Shown in pieces: positions 26,000 through 37,783 of a DNA stretch of 64,000 nucleotides. The notes beneath the pieces were generated by a model that worked only from the letters and a program-made list of their open reading frames with translations, had not been told where the DNA came from and ran no database searches. How positions within the stretch are numbered: position 1 is the first letter of the stretch; the number at the start of each line of letters is the position of its first letter. The stretch is from Amphiscolops sp. MND2022 (taxonomy: Eukaryota), in the NCBI GenBank assembly GCA_964187785.1, contig OZ076409.1:58654001-58718000 (forward strand). The letters are read 5' to 3'. The position numbers were made by a program, and so were the translations under genes.

Positions 26000-26431
26000 T
26001 GTGTTGAAAGAAAAAACATCAACAATCACAGTGATATCTATTCCAAGAGGCCTTAGCACTTTAAAGTACTGTAAACTACAAGTACTGTAAATACACTAAC
26101 GAGTTTGTCATTTTTTGAAGGAGGGTTTTTGAGAACTGTGAGGATGATGGGCATGCTATTTATTTGAGGAATGTGAATCTCTACAAGAGTTTCGAGAGTT
26201 GGGGGAGTAGCAATTTTGAGAGAATTTTAAAGAGAGGAAAGGTGCAAAGGAGTGGAGATTTCAAGAGACGAAAGTTATAAAGGAGGAGTGAAGTGTTCCA
26301 GAAGATAGTTGACAAGCAAACTGAGAGAGAGTTCAAGAAGAAAGTTCAAGAGGATGGCGGAGGAAAGGGATAATTTACCCGTGAATAGATTTTAATAGGT
26401 GTATCCGTATTAGAGGTGACAGAAGTATTAA

Positions 26432-28738
26432 TTAAGGTGTCATGTTGAGTGACTGAATTGTCATTCGGATGTGAGTTTGTAGTGGAATAATTAGGAAATG
26501 AAGGTTGATGTTCACAAGAATGAAGCGCAGAGGGTTGAAGAGTAATCGGATGAGAAAAATGATGTCTTTTCGGAAATAATTTAATTTGGGTATTTGGAGT
26601 TTAATAGGACGTTTAGTATAAAAAGGTGGATGGGAAGTTATACCGGTAGAATGGTTATTTAAATTTGTTGAATTGTGCGAGAGATGATCTAGAGATTTGG
26701 ATTTTAAAATGGATTTTTTTGGTTTTTTTAATTTGAGTATCATGAAGGTCGTTGACCATTTGTGCTGTAAGAATGTTAAATAAACTATGTGCTATAGAAC
26801 TAAACAAAGTAATATTGTTTTTAAGATTATATTTATTAGATATTGTTTTGTAAAATTTGACCATAAGCGAGAGAGTGGCTTGTACAAAAAGAAATGTAGA
26901 AAAGTATATGTCACATTGAGTAAGAATATAACAAGGGTATCCAAAAAGTGCAATAAAAGCATCTGAAAACCATGTAGGTGTAAAAAGAGGAGTTAGGTTT
27001 AAAAGTTTATCATGTAGTCCAAAACGTAATGTATTGTAGGGATTACCAGTACCGTGAGGGGAATTTGTATCATAATCAGGAGTATTAGATGAAATGAAAA
27101 AATAACTAAGGGCTTTACCAAGTAATTGAAGTGTAGAGTCAGAATGTTTAGAAAATAAGATGCGGTTCCAGAATTGATCAAGTTCAGCATTGGAGTATAT
27201 ACCGGCATCTTGGGCTGTAAAGGTGTTAGGACGTATTGTAGTTTTAATTTGAGAAGATGTGAACATTAATGGAGGTTTGCGTTTAATAGGTTCAGGTCCA
27301 AGAATGTAAAAATCTTGATCATCAGAATCAGGGACTAGTTCAATAATATTTCGTGGGTTATTATCACATGCAATTGGAGTAGCATAGTCATAGGTTTGTC
27401 TTGTGATAGGATCAACGTACATCAGAGTATCTTTAAAGTGTATAGGTGTACGGTCAAAGCATCGATCAGCTTTGTATAAAGGAGATAGGAAATGAGGACA
27501 GTCATAGAGACAGGCGGTGGAGCCTTCCACGTACAAAAAGTTACTTCGATCACATGTTAAAAGGAAACCAGCAAGTTGAGGGTTTTGTACTGACATTGCG
27601 AGTATTGTAAAAAGTTGATTTCGTTCTAATTCGCATATTGTATGAAGAGTATTAAGTTCTTGTACTGTCATGGAGCAAAAAACGTGGTTAATAGTGTAGT
27701 CAATTTTTGTATTTATATGTGCATCATAGTCAATGGTAGCAAAGTTGTTTGGTTTGAAACATTTAACGCAGGGAATGTGAATTTGTTACTTGAGGTGTCC
27801 GATACTATTTTGCCAGAAATGTTTTCATCAATCATAGAGTGAGGATAGGGTTGTCCTGTATGCATATTGAATTCGTCAGTATATGTAACAAAAAGATCTG
27901 AATATTGTGTTGAATAAAGTGGGTCTGGTTTACCACAAAAAGTCTGAGCTGTGGGAAAGACTTCAAAACGTGAAAGTCTAGGATTATTAGGATGTTGTGT
28001 ATGAGGAGCATAAACATATGGATGTTCTGTATCTTTAATACCAGAAGTTGGTTTGGGTTCTATTGAATGTGGGGAATGTACAAAGGAATCGGTTTCGATC
28101 CAGTATCTATCTTCAATTTTAGTCATACGTCCAATACAGTCTTGTAGTGTGAAAATTAAACAGAAATCATCAATAAACCAAACAAGGTTAAAAGGAGTTT
28201 TCGTTGTGGGTTTGCAAAAACCATCTGCAAAACAGCAGGGTAATGTATGTCCATCTATTGTCATAACGTTTGCTGTATCGTCATAAATAAGTTCTACTTC
28301 AGAATTTTCTAATCGCCAACTAACTAAGTTTACTTCGAATTGGTGATGGGCAGGACAGTTATGGTAAGGATTTTGAGTAGGATCATATATCCAATTTTTG
28401 TCTGCGGGCATAAAGTTAAACGTACTTGTGTACATTTTGTTTAATTGATATACAGTGAAAGGACTTTGATATTGTTCTAATCGTTCTTGAAAGTAATGAT
28501 CTTCTAAGAGTGTAAAAGTTTTACTGTACTGTAGGTTGTTCAATATTTTGTCATTTGTACCATCAAGATGTCTTATAATGTTTTTACATTCTAAAGGATC
28601 AAGAGTAACAGGAAGTGGTTCCATACAGTTCTATCAACACGACGATATTTGACCGAACCTTGAAAGCAAATCTTTCTTTCCTTTTTTGCATAAGCGACGC
28701 ATTTGAAGGCTTTTATGCGTTTGGTTTTTGCTCTGACA
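26432..28738 (-). pseudogene. env 3' portion: class III fusion glycoprotein-like ectodomain (chuvirus G / herpes gB type), TM segment and tail
   Basis: Cys-rich ORFs 28624-27713 and 27671-26655 with HTICELERNQL...QNPQLAGFLL...EGSTACLYDC...RCFDRTPI...YVDPITRQ...ATPIAC, then a hydrophobic C-terminal segment (FIALFGYPCYILTQ...FSTFLFVQATLSLMV). The family assignment is from recalled motif spacing, not a search. Confidence 0.75.
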
Positions 28739-29315
28739 ATGGTGATTAAAATTATATTGGCATAATGTAATATAGGAACTTCGGTTTGATTTGCAACAGT
28801 TAATGTTTTTGAAGTGTTATGTGTTCCAATGTCTGAAGTGTGATTTGGTCTAATATCTAAGAGTTTTGTAAGAGTTGTGTATGTTGGGTAGTTTAACACA
28901 TAGATAGATGCACCGCTATCTAAAAGAAAGGCAATTTCCAGTCTGGATGGGTTATCTCTTTGTGTTATACTTGATGGTGTATGAACATATAGAGTATAAA
29001 ACCAACTTGTAGGTGTTACAGCATTTGCCATTGCCGTTGGGTGTTACATGTGTACTTCAATTTTTATAGGGTCAAATTGGTGTTGTGGTTGTATCATATT
29101 AACTTTGTTTCTAGGATTGGAGTGTGAACGGGTTCTAGAAAATCTAGATTCTCTTGGTGAAGAAGGTGGTCTGAATGAATTTGTATTTTTTGTTAAATTA
29201 TTGTCTCTGGAATAGGAGCGTGATCTATATCTAGGGCGAGAGTTGTGTCTATGAGGAGATCTATATGAAGATCTGTATGGAGAGCAGTAAGACCTTGAAT
29301 CGCGTCTGTAAGTAT
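28739..29315 (-). pseudogene. Third partial copy: gag RS-rich tail and protease N-terminus inserted into env
   Basis: Matches 35638-36213. The frame switches from protease (ANIILITI) to env (VRAKTKRIKAFKC) near 28738. Confidence 0.88.
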
Positions 29316-30830
29316 GATGACTCGCATGATGAATGTCTGAAGGAGCTTCAGTGCATTGTTTCACATTAAGTAAATTAAATTGTCTCAAATTATGTTGTTT
29401 TGCACAGTCATAATGAGAAACCATAAGGTTTGTAATAATCGGATCGTCCGATGGAAGGAAATTTTCTGTATCAGAAGGTGTTATAGGTATTGAAAAGGTG
29501 AAGTTGAATAAGTGTAAATAGAGTATCAGATTTGCTATATAAAAGGTTGTGTAGAGTTTAGAAAGAGGTAGTATATTTAAGACCGGAGAATGGGTTACAA
29601 ATGTGATTTCGCCATATGTAATAGTAGAAAGATTGAGATCTTGTTCAAATTCAATATGTACTACTTCAAAAGGAGCAGGAGAGGTTTTATGTTCTATCTT
29701 AGAAACGTGAAATTTTGGATGTGGATTTAAACCTTGAAATTTGTCTTTGACTTCAAATTTAAGATCTAGATTAGGTGTCTGAAGGCGTTTTAGTTCTGTT
29801 TCTTTTCTTTTATGAGACAAGAGATCGGTATTTGTAATAAAGCGTTCTGAAAGAATAGAAAATCGAGGATCGTTCTGTGGATCGTAGATGGTTATTCTAT
29901 CGACTCGAAGTGGATAATCAGCGAAATTCGGAGTTGGAGGTCTAGATTGATCTGCAGTATAATATTCAGGTAGTCCAATATGTGCGGGAACAGGAGTAGG
30001 TATTAGGACTTCAGAGAAGAGATTTCCAGAAAGGAATGCAGTTTGAGCGTCTGAAGAAAATAAAGAGGCGCTTTCAAAACCAGATGTAAAATAAGGAGAA
30101 GGTATAAGTTCGTACGAATTTGTTTCAGAAGACAACGGTTGTCCGTATTGTCGTACAAGTCGTAAAGCAGAATTGCTGGAAAGAGCGGATAAATTAAGTG
30201 TGGAAGTATCTGTACTAAGTCTGCGTGAAGGAATGTCTCGATGATTATATCTATGTTGTGGTACAAAAAGTCAGCTTGTAGTATCTTGTGATGGAGTATA
30301 CTCTGATGTATTGTCTAAGAGATTTGATAGTGATGTAGAAGGTTTTCGAAGAGGTTTTAGGGAATGATAGAGTTTAGAAGAAGTTTTGCTGAGTTCTGAT
30401 GGTAATTTCAGTGGAGGTAGTCGTGTATATTCAGTGTCAGCAATGTGTACAAGATTAAACTGAGGTTGAAGTCTAACAGTTTTAATAGCTGTATGATGTT
30501 TGTAATTGACGTAATGTTCAACAGTTTCAGGGTTTGGTATGTGTACTATAGGAGTATTAATAGGAGTTTGTTGAGTACGAGTGGTAATAGGAATTTCATT
30601 TATAGATGGTCTATGAAGGATAGATGAAGAAGATGTTTCAGAAACGTATGATCTTGTTCTCTTAGAAGGAGTAGTACGGGTTACATTACGAGAGTTTGTA
30701 GTGTTTGATATTGAAGATTCAGGAGTAGAAGGAATACTTGGAGCTGATGGAGATATATCAGGAGAAGATCCAGGATTCTTGAAATGGGGTTTCAACGGGT
30801 TATCGTTGTGATAACTTGTTAGCGATTATC
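29316..30830 (-). pseudogene. env 5' portion, copy B: long S/T/P-rich leader, internal signal-like segment and ectodomain start
   Basis: ORFs 30795-30271 and 30135-29044 are in the same frame, separated by one TGA. The hydrophobic stretch LYTTFYIANLILYLHLFNFTFS precedes YDCAKQHNLRQFNLLNVKQC. Confidence 0.72.
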
Positions 30831-30884
30831 TTTCATTCAGCTTTGGTCGACTAGTTTCGAGTGGGCCAGTGGATAGAATGATGA

Positions 30885-33800
30885 AGGTTACAGTTTCGAG
30901 GGTGTTATAAAAAGTCTATATTCTAATTTGGGTTGATGTCGTAGATTATAAGTAGTTTTCGTAGTTCTGTCAATTAGAGGAGGAAGTGAATCTGTTTGAT
31001 TATGAGAAGGGTGTCTTGATCTGTCACTAGGGATCTTAGTGTGAGGGGTATTAATTATGTTCTTGTATTAAGAGTAGTCATTGGTTGGGGGAGTTAAAGA
31101 CTTGTGATTGGATGTTACAGATGGTGTATCTTCTTGAGGGAAATTTTGATTGGAAGTACTGAATGGTGTCATAAATGTTTGAGAAGAAACTTCTGTAGTG
31201 GATGGTGTCATGAATTTTTGAGAGTCTTTGTCTGATAAGGATTCGTCTGAATTAAAAGGGGAAGAATCACTGTTTGCATATTTGTTGGGTTGTGGAATTT
31301 GGAAATGAGTTGTATCTGAAAAGCGCATGAAACTACCCAAATGTGGGTATAGAAGTGGTTTTTTCGGATAATACGGAATCATATGATTACGGTGAACATG
31401 TATTGTAAAGCCATCTGGTGCAAGAAGTTCATATGTAACATCTGACAGTCTCTCAATAATTTTGTATGGTCCAATCCGAAGGGGTTTTAGTTTGTCAGAA
31501 AAATGTACGTGTATGAAATTTCGTTTTAAAACAAAAGTGCCAATAGGGAGTGGTTTACCTTCGTAGTAGGTTTTTGTAATGTAAGCGTGCGAGTTGATTT
31601 TCCGTAAGGTGTTTTCATATACTGTGGAATATATTTGTAACATAGCAGTTTCTACAGCGAGAAACCATTGTGGAATAGGTTTAGAAAGTGTTCTGTAAAA
31701 AAACGGATTAAGATCTGATTTGTCATAATATGAGTGTTCTGGAAGTTGAGAGCAATAGCGTGAAATACCTGATTTAGAGGTGTCTCTAGTAAAGTTTAAA
31801 TCGAAAGTAAGGGGTATTCTGGGTCTTGTGTGAAAAACAATTTCATGAGTAGAAACATTGAGTTCTGAAAGTTGTTGAGAATTTTGTGCATAAGCGTACA
31901 TTTGGACTTGGAATGGCCAATTTTTAGGTGTATCATGTAAGAACATTCGTAAATGTGTACCAAGATTTCTGTTCTGTACTTCGACAAGGCCATTTGTCCA
32001 AGGAGAGTAAGCTGTTCTAGGAGAATGACGAACTCCCATAAGTGTTCAGAGGTGTGCCATTTCCTTGTTTACATATTCTGATCCACGATCAGTAACAAGA
32101 TATATGGGTGGTCCAAATTTAAAAATCCAATGGTGTAAGAGAGTTTTGATTGCAGTTTTGCATTATTTGATTTGAAGGGTACTGTAACAACAAAGTGGCT
32201 AAAAGCGTCAATTATGACATGTATATAAGATTTGTTGTGTGAACGAGGATTAATAGGTCCTTTAGTGTCCATTGAAATGCGGTAGTTAAAAGACGGAGCA
32301 TGTTCTGAAAATGATTGTGTAGGAGCAGTTTGGATTTTCATATTGAAGTGTTTATTACGTTGACATTCGATACAGTCATGTATGAAAATGGAAAGCCATT
32401 TTTCGCGAAATGGATCGTAGAAATATTGTGAGAATGTATTATATGTAATTTTGATACCAGTATGAGAGTGTTTACGAATTTTGTTAAAAACAGTTTTGAA
32501 CATTCGAAAACGAAGACATATTCGAATAGTAGCGTGTGCAAAATTTGGAGTAGAAGGTTGATTTAGAACAGTAGGGCTTTTAATAAAGAGGCTAATAAGG
32601 TTTGTGGAATCATCTATGAAAAGTTGTGAAAATCTTTTGTATTATTCATGTAGAAAAGGAGTGCCAGTGATGAGTGGTGTTAGAGTCTCAGGTTTTTCAT
32701 TATTAATGATCCAAGAATAAACAGTTTTAAGAACCGGGTCTTTGGATTGTTGTTGTTGAAGTGTTGTTATGTCTAATGAGTAGTCATCCGGGAGAAAGAA
32801 ACCTTGAAAATAGTTTTTGTACTTAAAAAATGATGTATCATAGAAAGGTATAATCTGTGGACAATGTGTAAGGGATGGTAAGTTTGTTTGTACATTTATT
32901 GCAGAAACATTGTTTTGTGGGGTGTTAGATGTCGACTTGTTGAGAGTAGAGTAGTTTTCTGTTTGTAATGTTGTGTCAGGTAAGAAGGAGGAGTCAGATT
33001 TTGGAATTCTTGTACATATATGATCTTCGTCGTCACTTTTAATATCAGTATCAATGAGTAAGAGAGATTGCTGATGAAGGGTTTTTTGTTCTTTTTTATA
33101 AGTGTTTTGAATTTTGTTTGAAAAGGAGTTATAGATTTAAATGAGAAGGATTGTAAAGGTTTGACAACAATCTCATTTCCTTTGTCATTGATACGAATGG
33201 AAAATTGATCTGTACCATAATCGACAAGGATTGGGGGAGAGTCATGTTTTTGATGATGTAAGATTTCTTCTTGTTTAATTCAGTAATGTACGGGTGCAAG
33301 AGTGTTGTTTTGTAATATTGCGAAATCAATTTGTGACGGTAGTTGTTTGTGTTTTAATTGGTATAGTTGTAATTCAGTTTTTGTAAAAGAGCGACTTAAC
33401 ATGTCAGCAACAGAAAGGTTTTTCCAGGAGTGTGGTTTAATTTGAGTTTTGAAAATTTTGTTAATTGCATTTGAGCTCTTTAGAAACGAGGACTAAGGTT
33501 ACCCTTTTTTGTAAAACAATGTAATAGAGGTTTGTGATCAGTAAAAATATGTATTGGATGAGGAGAACCAATGATAAGAAATTCATAAATTTGAAGAGCA
33601 TGTACTACACCAAGAAGTTCTCTGTCAAGTGTTGAAAGCTTTTGTTCTTGTGGGTTGAGTATACGAGAGGTGTACGATATAACTTTCATTTTGTTATGTT
33701 CATTTAATTGGAACAAGACAGCGCCTAATCCAATAAGTGAAGCATCAACTGTAATGAAAAATGGGTGTTTTGTGTTTGGTATTGTAAGTTCTGTTTCAGA

Positions 33801-36213
33801 GGTAAGAGACATTTTGATTTTTTGAAAAAGACTTTCGTGTTCATCTGTCCATTTCTTTCCAAGGAGTGTTTTCATGTAAAAGGTCGTAAAACGGTTTAAG
33901 GTTAATATGTAGTTTTTCAATAAATTTGGTGTAAAGGTTGAGTGCGCCAATGAAACTCATTAGAACAACTTTGCCAGTTGGTGAAGGGATTATATGAATA
34001 GCTGCAATTTTCGAATGAATTTGTTTATTTGTATTGTAACCAATTTCATGTCCAAGAAATTTGACTTTGAGGAGCATGAAAAAGGATTTTTCAGGGGCTA
34101 GTTTAAGATTATTTTTTGTGCTGATAATGTGTAATTGCTCTATGAGTTGGAATATGTGTTCTTTAGAGCCAGATAAAAGTAATATATCGTCGATATAGAC
34201 AAGGGCAAAACCTCGTTCTATAAGAGTTTTAATTTAAAGAAGGTAGACATTTGTTGTGTAAAGAAATTTGGGAGTCTATTGAGACCATAAAAACCTCGTA
34301 TAAAAGCAAAGAGTTCATCTCCTGAGGAGAAACTTGTTAATTTAATAGTGTCTTCATCAAGGGGTGTATGTGCATAGGCATACATAAGATCAATTGCAGA
34401 TTTGCTTTTTATTTGCTCGTGCTAATTGTGGAGCGAGAGATTCAATAGGCCAAGATTCATCAGATTGTTTTGTATTTTAGTTAAGATATCGAGCATCTAA
34501 TACACATTTTATAGTGTCTCCTTTGGGGATTATAATAAGAGGATTTAAATAAGTTGTACCATAAATTGGTTTGTCTTGTGGAGAGGAACTGATTTGTTTA
34601 TGATGTTATATTTTTCTAGTTCTTTGAGAAGTGCATTAAGTTTGTCTCTATAGTGAATAGGGACTTTGGAAGGACGTTGTGTCATAAGTTGAGCATTAAG
34701 TTTAAGTCTAATACGAAAGGGAGTTGAAATTTTACCAACATCGTTCTAATGAGTTGCATAACATGTTTTATATTTGAGTAACATATTGCAAAGGGTAATG
34801 TACTCAGTGTCTGTAAGGTCAGACAATTGGAAATTGAATTTGTTGATAAATTTCAGATTTTCAGAAGTATATGGTAAAGAAGGAAAAATGCGTTTTTCAG
34901 AAGTGTGAGAAGTAGGTTGGACGTTGTATAAAGGGGAAGTTTGATTTGGCATATCCGAATTTGTCATATAAATTTGATGTAAGGAAAATTGAGGAGGAGG
35001 AGTTGTATGATCATCATAGTATATAATATAATTGGTTTGTGGAACTGGTTCAGTTATTTCAGGATGGTATGTATGAGTAACATTATGTATTAAAGTATTA
35101 AAATCATTGACTTGGAAGAATTTAGGTTTTTCATTTGTATTTGGAACTTCAATATATACAATAGGTCCTGTAGGTAATGTTGCAACATGTTTGGAGGTGT
35201 TGTGAATAATAGTTGCACAAATGTCTGGTTTGTTATCTGTGAATACTTCAATAAAATTGAAATTTGTACGAAACTTGTTAGCAAAATAGGTGTGTGGTAC
35301 CGAAGGGAAGAAGTGGTTTTGTGGTGTAGTTGTAAAATGAAGATTATGATATTTTTTATTGGAAAGTGTGCAATTTTAGAAGACTTGGGTTTTAGACGTA
35401 TTTGAGTTTTTGAATTATTTCTATAAATGTATGAAAAATATGGGCAGTCTTTAGAAAGGAGTGTTGTGAATGTTGCATAATTTGGGTGTGTTTTTGATTG
35501 GTATTTGAATTCTAGTGTAAACTGTTGTATGCTTATGTTCTGTATATTGTCGTCAAAGAAGGGTGTACCAATGATATTGTATTTGATATCAGCTACTGCA
35601 AAAGGTACTGGAAAGTAACGAGCATTATCGTCAATAGTGGTGATTAAAATTATATTGGCATAATGTAATATAGGAACTTCGGTTTGATTTGCAACAGTTA
35701 ATGTTTTTGAAGTGTTATGTGTTCCAATGTCTGAAGTGTGATTTGGTCTAATATCTAAGAGTTTTGTAAGAGTTGTGTATGTTGGGTAGTTTAACACATA
35801 GATAGATGCACCGCTATCTAAAAGAAAGGCAATTTCCAGTCTGGATGGGTTATCTCTTTGTGTTATACTTGATGGTGTATGAACATATAGAGTATAAAAC
35901 CAACTTGTAGGTGTTACAGCATTTGCCATTGCCGTTGGGTGTTACATGTGTACTTCAATTTTTATAGGGTCAAATTGGTGTTGTGGTTGTATCATATTAA
36001 CTTTGTTTCTAGGATTGGAGTGTGAACGGGTTCTAGAAAATCTAGATTCTCTTGGTGAAGAAGGTGGTCTGAATGAATTTGTATTTTTTGTTAAATTATT
36101 GTCTCTGGAATAGGAGCGTGATCTATATCTAGGGCGAGAGTTGTGTCTATGAGGAGATCTATATGAAGATCTGTATGGAGAGCAGTAAGACCTTGAATCG
36201 CGTCTGTAAGTAT
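30885..36213 (-). pseudogene. gag tail and pol (PR-RT-RH-IN), copy B
   Basis: ORF fragments 35929-35090 (PR), YIDD near 34185, 33950-33480 (RNase H), 32503-31068 (IN). Multiple frameshifts. Confidence 0.92.
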
Positions 36214-37730
36214 GATGACTCGCATGATGAATGTCTGAAGGAGCTTCAGTGCATTGTTTCACATTAAGTAAATTAAATTGTCTCAAATTATGTTGTTTTG
36301 CACAGTCATAATGAGAAACCATAAGGTTTGTAATAATCGGATCGTCCGATGGAAGGAAATTTTCTGTATCAGAAGGTGTTATAGGTATTGAAAAGGTGAA
36401 GTTGAATAAGTGTAAATAGAGTATCAGATTTGCTATATAAAAGGTTGTGTAGAGTTTAGAAAGAGGTAGTATATTTAAGACCGGAGAATGGGTTACAAAT
36501 GTGATTTCGCCATATGTAATAGTAGAAAGATTGAGATCTTGTTCAAATTCAATATGTACTACTTCAAAAGGAGCAGGAGAGGTTTTATGTTCTATCTTAG
36601 AAACGTGAAATTTTGGATGTGGATTTAAACCTTGAAATTTGTCTTTGACTTCAAATTTAAGATCTAGATTAGGTGTCTGAAGGCGTTTTAGTTCTGTTTC
36701 TTTTCTTTTATGAGACAAGAGATCGGTATTTGTAATAAAGCGTTCTGAAAGAATAGAAAATCGAGGATCGTTCTGTGGATCGTAGATGGTTATTCTATCG
36801 ACTCGAAGTGGATAATCAGCGAAATTCGGAGTTGGAGGTCTAGATTGATCTGCAGTATAATATTCAGGTAGTCCAATATGTGCGGGAACAGGAGTAGGTA
36901 TTAGGACTTCAGAGAAGAGATTTCCAGAAAGGAATGCAGTTTGAGCGTCTGAAGAAAATAAAGAGGCGCTTTCAAAACCAGATGTAAAATAAGGAGAAGG
37001 TATAAGTTCGTACGAATTTGTTTCAGAAGACAACGGTTGTCCGTATTGTCGTACAAGTCGTAAAGCAGAATTGCTGGAAAGAGCGGATAAAGTAAGTGTG
37101 GAAGTATCTGTACTGAGTCTGTGAGAAGAAAGGTCTCGAAGATTATATCTATGTTGTGGTACAAAAAGTCAGCTTGTAGTATCTTGTGATGGAGTATACA
37201 CTGATGTATTGTCTAAGAGATTTGATAGTGATGTAGAAGGTTTTCGAAGAGGTTTTAGGGGAGGATAGAGATTAGAAGAAGTATTGCTGAGTTCTGATGG
37301 TAATTTTAGTGGAGGTAGTCGTGTATATTCAGTGTCAGGAATATGTACAAGATTAAGCTGAGGTTGAAGTCTAACAGTTTTAATAGCTGTAGGATGTTTG
37401 TAATTGACGTATTGTTCAACAGTTTCAGGGTTTGGTATGTGTACTATAGAAGTAATAATAGGAGTTTGTTGAGTACGAGTGGTAATAGGAATTTCAGCTA
37501 TAGGTGGTCTATGAAGGATAGATGAAGAAGTTGTTTCAGAAACGTATGATCTTGGTCTCTTAGGAGTAGTAGGGGTTACATTACGAAAGTTTGTAGTGTT
37601 TGATATTGAAGATTCAGGAGTAGAAGGAATACTTGGAGCTGATGGAGATATATCAGAAGAAGAATCCAGGATTCTTGAGATGGGGTTTCAACAGGTTGTC
37701 GTTGTGATAACTTGTTAGCGATTATCTTTC
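36214..37730 (-). pseudogene. env 5' portion, copy A
   Basis: Homologous to 29316-30830. The ORF 37033-35942 translation is identical to 30135-29044 and fuses to the gag tail at ...DIHHAS|HHTYRRDSR. Confidence 0.72.
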
Positions 37731-37783
37731 ATTCAGTTTTGGTGGACTAGTTTTGAGTAGGCCAGTGGATAGAATGATGAAGG

